Shown here piece after piece: positions 34,918-41,437 of a DNA stretch of 41,437 bases. This DNA comes from an uncultured Saprospiraceae bacterium. GTDB lineage: Bacteria; Bacteroidota; Bacteroidia; Chitinophagales; Saprospiraceae. Location of the stretch: assembly GCA_937927835.1 (NCBI GenBank), contig CALGJS010000150.1, positions 1 through 41,437 of the forward strand, in the 5' to 3' direction. Position 1 is the first letter of the stretch, and each line of letters begins with the position of its first letter. The notes beneath the pieces are model-generated. The model had not been told where the DNA came from, made no database searches, and saw only the letters and a program-made list of their open reading frames with translations. Both the position numbers and the translations under genes were made by a program.

Positions 34918-37374
34918 TCAATGTAGTGAGTTGCCAATTGAAATGATTTCGGCAAAAACTCCCGCAGCGGTTACTTCTGCTCCTGCTCCTGGTCCTCTAA
35001 TAACAAGCGGTCGATCCTTGTATCGCTGAGTCGTAAAAACAATCATATTATCACTTCCATTCAAGGAGTAAAAAGGATGATCAGGTCCTACCGATTCTAG
35101 CTTGATTCTAGCTTGATTATTTTCTAGTGTCGCCACCATTCTTAATACTTTATTTTCTGCAGCAGCTTCCGCTCGTCGTTTTTCAAAAAAGTCATCCGCT
35201 TTTCTGACTTCCTCAAAAAATTGAGGTACCGTTTCTGCGGCTATACAAGCTTCAGGAAGAATAGATTCAATTTCTACATCTTTGGCTTCTAAAGGTAATC
35301 CAGTTTCTCGAGCTAGAATAATTAATTTTCTACGAACATCAATCCCCTTCAAGTCTGTTCTAGGATCTGGTTCGGTATAACCGAGTTCTGCAGCTTTATT
35401 TACGATCTCACTAAATTTCATTCCGGGTCCAAAAGAATTAAATATAAAAGAAAGTGATCCTGACAATACTCCTTCAATTTTTAAAATTTCATCTCCACTG
35501 TCAATTAAATCATTTAAAGTAGAAATAACTGGGAGTCCAGCTCCAACGTTTGTTTCGTATAAGAAACGAACACCTCGTTTTTCAGCTAGTGATTTCAGCT
35601 GTTGATATTGTAAATAAGTTGACGAGGTAGCAATCTTATTAGGAGTAGAAATAGAAATACTAGCGTCAAGAATTTCATTATATTTTTGAGCAATTCCTTC
35701 ATTCGCAGTATTATCTACAAATATTGTATTTGAAAGGTTTAGCATTTTCATTTTTTTAATAAAATTGTCCAACACCATTACTTCATCACTATCATCTAAT
35801 TGATTTTTCCAGTTTTCAAGATCAATTCCGTCTGTAGAAAAAAGCATTTTCCTACTATTTGTTAAGCCTACAATCTTAATAGCTAAATGTCTTTTTTCTT
35901 TAAGGAAGGCCGCTTGTTTTCTAATTTGATTAATTAAAGTTGAACCAATCAAACCAACCCCAACCATAAACACGTGTAACTCTTGGATATCAGAAAGGAA
36001 GAAGGATTCATGCAAAGCGTTCAAGGCTTTTCCTTCATCGCTCCGAGGAATGACGACTGAAACATTTAATTCAGAAGATCCTTGAGCAATGGCAATACAG
36101 TTGATACCATTCTTACCCAATGCCTGAAATAGACGACCAGAGATACCGGGTTGGTAACGCATGTTTTCACCAATGATTGCTACGACAGAAAGATCATCTT
36201 CTATCTTGATGGGATCGACTAACTGACTTTGAATTTCATATTCAAAAGCAGATTCCACTCTCTTTTTTGCTTTTTTAGCAAACTGTGGCTGAACCGCAAA
36301 ACTGATGGAATGCTCTGAAGATCCTTGTGTAATCAAGATAATATTTATCCCAGCTTGTGCTAAAGCATTAAATAGTCGAGCTGCAATACCAGGAACACCA
36401 AACAACCCGCCGCCTTGTAAGGTGAGCAGCGCAATATTGCTCATGGAAGAAATTCCTCTGACTGGATGTCCATTTTTAGAAGAGTGGTCAGAGATCAATG
36501 TTCCTTTAAATTCAGGATTAAAAGTATTCCGGATAGTTAACGGAATATTTTTAGACAAAGCAGGTTGTAGTGTTGGAGGATAAATTACCTTAGCACCGAA
36601 ATGAGACATTTCCATTGCTTCGGCATAGGTCATTTCTGGAATGGTGAAAGCTGATTTTACTTTTCTAGGATCTGCTGTAAGAACACCGTCTACATCTGTC
36701 CAAATTTCAATGATGCTGGCATTTAGTCCTGCCGCTAATAGTGCCGCAGTATAGTCGGAGCCTCCACGACCTAGCGTAGTCGTTAGACCTCCTTTGGCAG
36801 AACTGATAAATCCGGTGACAATATGCGTTCCTGAATTTTCTTTAAAATAATTTTCAATTTGTTGATAAGTTGTGGACAAATCTACCTTCGCAGAACTAAA
36901 GTGTTTATCTGTTTGAATAATCTTACGAGCATCCAAATAATGAGCGTCAATACCTTCTTGTTTTAAAGCTTGACTGATAATAAAACAAGCGTTTCTTTCT
37001 CCGAAGCTAAGGACGTAATCCATGGTTCGAGTTGAAGCTTCCCGAACGAGAAGAATACCGTGTAATAGATTTTTTAAAACCGCATGATTCTCTTCTAGTT
37101 CTTTTAGAATTTCTTTTTGTGAATGATCTTTTATTAAGGCTTTGACTGCTTCACTGTGTCGGCCTGAAAATTCATTAAAGATCTTTTCGTAAGAAGCATC
37201 TCCTTCTTCTGCCAGTCGACTCATCTCAATTAGCTGATCTGTAACACCTCCAAAAGCAGAGAAAACAACAGCGAAACGTTCGTCTTGTGCATTATAAGTT
37301 TTAAGAATTTCAAGTACACTTTCTATTCGTTCCGGTTTTGCGACAGAAGAGCCGCCAAATTTTAGGATTTTCAT
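34918..37374 (-). CDS. thrA: Bifunctional aspartokinase / homoserine dehydrogenase
   Basis: 818 aa: MKILKFGGSSV aspartokinase N-terminus, two ACT regions, then a homoserine dehydrogenase half (VGVGLIGSTL Rossmann motif, ...GPGAGAEVTAAGV). Confidence 0.95.
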   Translation of the reverse strand: MKILKFGGSSVAKPERIESVLEILKTYNAQDERFAVVFSAFGGVTDQLIEMSRLAEEGDASYEKIFNEFSGRHSEAVKALIKDHSQKEILKELEENHAVLKNLLHGILLVREASTRTMDYVLSFGERNACFIISQALKQEGIDAHYLDARKIIQTDKHFSSAKVDLSTTYQQIENYFKENSGTHIVTGFISSAKGGLTTTLGRGGSDYTAALLAAGLNASIIEIWTDVDGVLTADPRKVKSAFTIPEMTYAEAMEMSHFGAKVIYPPTLQPALSKNIPLTIRNTFNPEFKGTLISDHSSKNGHPVRGISSMSNIALLTLQGGGLFGVPGIAARLFNALAQAGINIILITQGSSEHSISFAVQPQFAKKAKKRVESAFEYEIQSQLVDPIKIEDDLSVVAIIGENMRYQPGISGRLFQALGKNGINCIAIAQGSSELNVSVVIPRSDEGKALNALHESFFLSDIQELHVFMVGVGLIGSTLINQIRKQAAFLKEKRHLAIKIVGLTNSRKMLFSTDGIDLENWKNQLDDSDEVMVLDNFIKKMKMLNLSNTIFVDNTANEGIAQKYNEILDASISISTPNKIATSSTYLQYQQLKSLAEKRGVRFLYETNVGAGLPVISTLNDLIDSGDEILKIEGVLSGSLSFIFNSFGPGMKFSEIVNKAAELGYTEPDPRTDLKGIDVRRKLIILARETGLPLEAKDVEIESILPEACIAAETVPQFFEEVRKADDFFEKRRAEAAAENKVLRMVATLENNQARIKLESVGPDHPFYSLNGSDNMIVFTTQRYKDRPLVIRGPGAGAEVTAAGVFAEIISIGNSLH

Positions 37375-37524
37375 ATTAAGAGTTTAGGTCAAGTTAGAAT
37401 CGTTAACTTGAATGATTTGACGACTTAGCTTTGTCAATAATGGATTAAATTGGTAAAAGGATGGTTAGAATTTGGTAAAATAGATCAAAAAAGAGATCAC
37501 TTGAGAGCCAATAAGAGTCAATTG

Positions 37525-37959
37525 CTAATTAGGGGTCAAATTTAATAAAAGCAGGTATTTATTTTCCATACTTCGCATAAGTTTTTGCTCTTCTTCAGTC
37601 TTGTCATTATAACCGATCAAGTGAAGGACTCCGTGTACCATTACGCGATAGAGTTCGGTTAGGGTCTCTACTTTAAATTTTTTGGCGTTTTCGATGATAC
37701 GATCAATACTGATGAATACATCTCCTTCGACGGGAGCTTTGCTATATGCAAAGGTAATTACGTCGGTTAAGGTATCATGTTGAAGATATTTCATGTTTAA
37801 TTCGTGGAGATAGGTATCACTACAATAGATAAAATTGATGGTGACAAATGTACAATCTTCTTCAGAAAAAACAGATTTGATCCAGTGACTGATAATTTGA
37901 GGATGTTCTAGCTCGAATGTTGAGTCCTCATTGTAGTAGTGAATACTTTCGTCACTCAT
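37525..37959 (-). CDS. ybeY: rRNA maturation endoribonuclease YbeY
   Basis: 144 aa. The metal motif HGVLHLIGYND is an H-x3-H-x5-D variant of the usual H-x3-H-x5-H. The ATG overlaps the upstream stop (ATGA). Confidence 0.9.
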   Translation of the reverse strand: MSDESIHYYNEDSTFELEHPQIISHWIKSVFSEEDCTFVTINFIYCSDTYLHELNMKYLQHDTLTDVITFAYSKAPVEGDVFISIDRIIENAKKFKVETLTELYRVMVHGVLHLIGYNDKTEEEQKLMRSMENKYLLLLNLTPN

Positions 37960-38381
37960 ATATTGAATTGAATTTCTACGGTACTGCCATTATCGTGATA
38001 AAGGACTTGATCAGATAATTGTCTCATTAAGAAAACACCACGGCCGCCTAATTCTAAAACATTTTCAGGAGCAGTAGGGTCTGGAAGTTGCCCATAATTA
38101 AAACCATTTCCTTCATCAGAAATGATAAAACCAAGCTTATTTTTATATTTTTTAATAGAAACAGAGACTTTTTTCGATTCATCTTTACCGTTACCATGCA
38201 TGATTGCGTTGGTAACTGCTTCCGTCAAACTGATCAGGATATTGCCATACATATCTGCGCTCAGTTTATACTGGCGAAATATCGTCTCTACGTAGGGTTC
38301 TACGCGAGCAATGTTTTTCGGATGAGAGATGAGAGTTAGCACATCAATGTTTTTTCTCTGTTCGAGGAAATAGACATTCAT
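37956..38381 (-). CDS. RsbW/SpoIIAB-like anti-sigma-type serine kinase (GHKL ATPase domain only)
   Basis: 141 aa with N-box EAVTNAIMHGN, G1 DEGNGF and G2 GGRGVFLM. No STAS-domain antagonist gene is in the window. Confidence 0.72.
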   Translation of the reverse strand: MNVYFLEQRKNIDVLTLISHPKNIARVEPYVETIFRQYKLSADMYGNILISLTEAVTNAIMHGNGKDESKKVSVSIKKYKNKLGFIISDEGNGFNYGQLPDPTAPENVLELGGRGVFLMRQLSDQVLYHDNGSTVEIQFNI

Positions 38382-38455
38382 AAAACTGGTAAGTAATGGT
38401 TATACTGAGTTTTACGAGGTTTGTCGTCTGTTTGTTGGACTAAATTGCTACTATT

Positions 38456-41437
38456 TTATTGATTTTTCAAGGATTTGAAGTATTCTTCTACTAAAAATTT
38501 ATAATATGGCTTCAACTCTGGCGATACAGCTTTGTAAGTATCAATTTCTGCTTCACGTTTTTTAATGTATTCTTCGAGAGAAGGAGGCATCTTTCTTTCT
38601 CTTTCTGCTGTTCTTTCTGCCTTTCTTTTATTGTCATATTCTCGTTCTCTTTCTGCTTTTTCAGCTTCTAGCAATCTGGTCATAATTTCCTGTTGGCGTT
38701 CTAGCATCTCGTTGGTCAAGCGTTTATTCACAAGATCCGTCTCTGTCTTATTCATCTGATCTACGATTTCTTGCATCTGCTTATCGCCCTGCCCTTTTTC
38801 TTGCATGGCGCGCTGTTTTTCTTGTAGTGCCTTACGGAGTGCCTTTTGTTTTTTAGCCATTTGTGCAAACTGCTTACTAGAAGCACCTTTACCTTTTTGC
38901 ATGGCATCTTTCATTTGTTTGAGTTGATCTCCGATCCCTTTTTGTCCTTCGGACATTTTATCTTTTGGTTCTCCCCCTTTCTTTCCTTTTCCTTGTTTCC
39001 CTTTTCCTTTTCCGCCAGGATTGTCACACATCTGGTCGCCTGCCATCATGCTGGCCATTTGTTGTTGCATTTGGTTCATGACTTCACTAAGCATTAGTGC
39101 GAGATCATTGACATTCTTCATGGTACGTTGCTGGTGTTCGCTTGCTTGGCTTTTCTTTCTTTCTTCTAGATCATCTAGAGAAGTTTTCATATTGGATTTA
39201 ATATCTGTTACTTTTTCCGTTACGTACGATTCGATTTGGTGTACTCGCTTGCTAAGAGCTTGTAGTGAATCTTCAACTAATTTGAAGTCATCTTTTATTT
39301 TATATTGATCTTGAACTAGTTCAACATAACGGGGCGTATTGATACTGGTTTTACCAATCGTGGCAATCAGATCTTCCTGCTCAAAAGAAATACCGATAAG
39401 ATTTTCGAGCAGCTGACGTAAAGCTTCCATATCCTCTTCCATCTGTTCCATCTGGCCACTGTCCATATCCATTTGCATGGATTCGGCCATGTCTTTCATT
39501 TTTTTAGCCGCTTTTTTCTGTTTTTCAGAAGCTTCTTTATTCTGCATTTCTTTCATAGAATCAGAACTATCTTTCATGTCTTGCATGATATCTTCCATCT
39601 CTTCTTGTGGCTCACCAAGGTCTTGTGGGTTTTCTAGTTCTTTGTTCTTTTCTTCTGTTTTGGCAACGTCTTCTTTTAATTTTTCAAACTCCTCATTAAG
39701 CTCTTCCTGCTTTTTCTCTAATTCATCTTGCTTCGCTTCGTCCGTATTTTTTTCTGTTTCTTCTGCAAGTTCTTCTTGTTCTTTTGCCAGTTCTTCTAAT
39801 TTTTCCATGGCCTGCTCCATCTCCAATTCAACTTCTAGTTGTTTGAACATTTCCAGTGCACGATCCATTTCTTTCTCCATTTCTTCATCGTCCATTTCCA
39901 TCTCTTCCATCATGTCGAGGGCTTCTTCTTTTTCTAACTCCTCCATCAACTCTTGAATTTTTTCCATCAACTCTTTCATCTCAGGGCTCATCAGCTCTTC
40001 AAACATCTCTTGGATTTTCTCTTGTTTCTCCAAGAGTTCTTCGTCAGGCTTCGTAAATTCTTCTTGGTTTTTCATATTTTCTTCCATCATCTCCTGCGCC
40101 TTTTCTAGCTTTTCGTCTAGTTCTTCTTTTCGTTCTAGTAGTTTTTCTAATTCTTTTTTTGTTTGCCAATCCATCTCTTTTTTCTGCAGCATTTTTTCGC
40201 GCAGCTTTTTCATATCCTCTTTAATGGCTTTATTTTCTTTGATGGCTTCTTTGAGTTCTTTTTTAATTTCATCACTATTCTCTTCCGCCATATCTTTGAA
40301 TTCTTCCACACTTGGTTTCTTATAATTCATCAATTTAGTCTTGGCAGATTTGCTACCATTGATACCATCATTATCAGAAACTTCAAAATAATAAGTCAAC
40401 TCATCGCCAGGTTCTAAAACCATTTCTGCAAGGTCCCATGTGTAATCATATTGTGTTTGCTTTCCTTCTGAACGATCTACAGGAAGACTATTCAAAGCAC
40501 CTTTGGCTACTCCACCGTTACTAATTGAGTAATTGAAAGTTAGATTACGAATACCATAATCATCAGACGCATCTCCTACAAAGAAAAGTAATTTGCTATC
40601 TGTACTATCGACAAATTGTTCTACTTTAATATTAGGATGTAAATCTGGAATGACGCTGATTGCGTAGGCTACAGAATCAGCATTTGGTAAATCTTGATTA
40701 GAAATAAAAAGCTTATAACGTTGATCACGCAATGCTCTTTTTTTATAAGAAAATAGATTGTCGGAAAATCGCTCCGCGGCAAGAAAATCTTTGTTGTCAG
40801 AAAATTTCAGTGCAATCTCTTCTGTATGTTGTGCATTGAAAACCCAACTGACGTTTGTTCCCAAAGGCACTACTAAGTCACCGATGTTGGCGAGACTTTC
40901 ATCTTTACGTTTTGTATAAGCTGGATAATCTAGTTTAATATCAAAACCTGCGATGTTTGGTTTTTTTAAAACTCCTAATTTATAACCATCAGAATTGACT
41001 CCAGAAGAAAAAAGTTTAAAATCTGTTTCTTTCTGGACATTACTAAACTGATAAGAAAACGTTGCGTTATCTTCTTTCTTTAAACGATATTTATATCCAT
41101 CGATATCAATAAAAACTTCGTTAGGTAAAGCTTCTCCTTCTACTTTTACCTCTAGTGTATAATCATCAAATTGAACAACCGTCAAATTCTTTTCATCGAT
41201 CTGAAAAGAAAAGGGAGCAGCTCGAACGAATTCTTTATTATTATTAATCAAACGATTGGTGCTATCACGAATAATACTTGGTGCTGCAAAAAGCAAAATT
41301 AACAACAACATTAATGGAGGTAAGGCGTAGCGTAAATATTTTTTATTTTGAGCTAAATTAATCGCTGATTTAAAAGGAACTAATTTAATATCTTCCGTCT
41401 TTTGGTTGATACTAGCGTTAATCAAACTCGCATTTGC
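38456..41437 (-). CDS. Large membrane-anchored coiled-coil protein, DUF4175-like (N-terminus outside the window)
   Basis: The frame stays open to the window edge, so the tracked TTG at 41425 is probably internal. It has a TM segment (YALPPLMLLLILLFAAP), a beta-rich region of about 300 aa, then about 600 aa of Glu/Lys/Met/Gln-rich coiled coil including GGKGKGKQGKGKKGG. The overall layout matches my recollection of Bacteroidota DUF4175 proteins. Confidence 0.6.
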   Translation of the reverse strand, partial: ANASLINASINQKTEDIKLVPFKSAINLAQNKKYLRYALPPLMLLLILLFAAPSIIRDSTNRLINNNKEFVRAAPFSFQIDEKNLTVVQFDDYTLEVKVEGEALPNEVFIDIDGYKYRLKKEDNATFSYQFSNVQKETDFKLFSSGVNSDGYKLGVLKKPNIAGFDIKLDYPAYTKRKDESLANIGDLVVPLGTNVSWVFNAQHTEEIALKFSDNKDFLAAERFSDNLFSYKKRALRDQRYKLFISNQDLPNADSVAYAISVIPDLHPNIKVEQFVDSTDSKLLFFVGDASDDYGIRNLTFNYSISNGGVAKGALNSLPVDRSEGKQTQYDYTWDLAEMVLEPGDELTYYFEVSDNDGINGSKSAKTKLMNYKKPSVEEFKDMAEENSDEIKKELKEAIKENKAIKEDMKKLREKMLQKKEMDWQTKKELEKLLERKEELDEKLEKAQEMMEENMKNQEEFTKPDEELLEKQEKIQEMFEELMSPEMKELMEKIQELMEELEKEEALDMMEEMEMDDEEMEKEMDRALEMFKQLEVELEMEQAMEKLEELAKEQEELAEETEKNTDEAKQDELEKKQEELNEEFEKLKEDVAKTEEKNKELENPQDLGEPQEEMEDIMQDMKDSSDSMKEMQNKEASEKQKKAAKKMKDMAESMQMDMDSGQMEQMEEDMEALRQLLENLIGISFEQEDLIATIGKTSINTPRYVELVQDQYKIKDDFKLVEDSLQALSKRVHQIESYVTEKVTDIKSNMKTSLDDLEERKKSQASEHQQRTMKNVNDLALMLSEVMNQMQQQMASMMAGDQMCDNPGGKGKGKQGKGKKGGEPKDKMSEGQKGIGDQLKQMKDAMQKGKGASSKQFAQMAKKQKALRKALQEKQRAMQEKGQGDKQMQEIVDQMNKTETDLVNKRLTNEMLERQQEIMTRLLEAEKAEREREYDNKRKAERTAERERKMPPSLEEYIKKREAEIDTYKAVSPELKPYYKFLVEEYFKSLKNQ

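Noticed and set aside
37375-37524. Possible threonine-operon leader-peptide attenuator upstream of thrA.
   Set aside because: There is no ATG on the coding strand in this 150-nt interval, no run of Thr/Ile codons, and no terminator/antiterminator pair. Only the short palindrome listed in findings is present.
5589-38339. Remaining short nested ORFs (5589-5855, 7228-7479, 7368-7592, 16788-16970, 16825-17043, 17084-17371, 19006-19233, 19676-19888, 22001-22183, 23266-23457, 23276-23461, 24127-24417, 24931-25131, 32876-33199, 36305-36583, 38088-38339).
   Set aside because: All overlap longer ORFs with recognisable domains and are consistent with chance open frames in AT-rich DNA.
39477-39956. 159-aa Ser/Phe-rich ORF on the + strand, plus neighbouring + strand ORFs at 38565-38759, 38846-39097, 39021-39308, 39856-40056 and 40163-40417.
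   Set aside because: All lie antisense inside the large coiled-coil gene. GAA/GAG/AAG-rich codons read backwards give TTC/CTC/CTT, so stop-free low-complexity shadow ORFs are expected. They have no start context or domain signal.
1-41437. Window-wide look for CRISPR arrays, IS or transposon ends, integrases, tRNA/rRNA genes, toxin-antitoxin pairs and known defence-gene signatures.
   Set aside because: I found no regularly spaced direct repeats, no transposase-, integrase- or nuclease-like ORFs, and no tRNA-like T-arm motif in intergenic regions. Every long ORF is accounted for by housekeeping or conserved hypothetical functions.

Overview
This 41.4-kb window is a low-GC chromosomal core segment of a Bacteroidota bacterium, probably Flavobacteriia-like. 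Support: gldD/gldE gliding genes in a mutY-ssb-gldE-gldD arrangement, TAnnTTTG -7 promoter boxes, A-rich leaders without Shine-Dalgarno sequences, and a SecA of about 1110 aa. I call 37 tightly packed protein genes, 29 of them on the minus strand. They include hsp20, recA, gldD, gldE, ssb, mutY, an ECF-type sigma factor, an LptF/G permease, tgt, a SEDS glycosyltransferase, a SPOR protein, secA, a cyclase-family protein, nadK, an Omp85/POTRA protein and a CBS protein. Further genes are two tandem TPR/SHOCT membrane paralogs, a GAF-PP2C phosphatase, a lone ABC permease, a DUF3524/GTDC1-like glycosyltransferase, two alpha/beta hydrolases, PrsW, mazG-like, dtd, an SRAP peptidase, ctaA, thrCBA, ybeY, an RsbW-like kinase and a large DUF4175-like coiled-coil protein cut by the window end. 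I saw no rRNA, tRNA, CRISPR array, transposase/integrase, or recognisable toxin or defence gene, so this looks like ordinary core genome, not an accessory island. The strongest non-genic signal is a dense, co-oriented array of perfect DnaA boxes plus an AT-rich tract just downstream of ctaA (31260-31696), with a weaker box cluster upstream of ctaA (29597-30149). I interpret this as a candidate dnaA-unlinked, possibly bipartite, chromosomal origin. I found no convincing novel multi-gene system. Secondary observations are tandem TM2/TPR/SHOCT paralogs, a bacterial homolog of the eukaryotic queuosine mannosyltransferase family, a Tgt lacking two canonical zinc cysteines, several tightly coupled gene sets, and a few structured intergenic elements. 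All calls come from reading the sequence and ORF track by eye; no searches were run.
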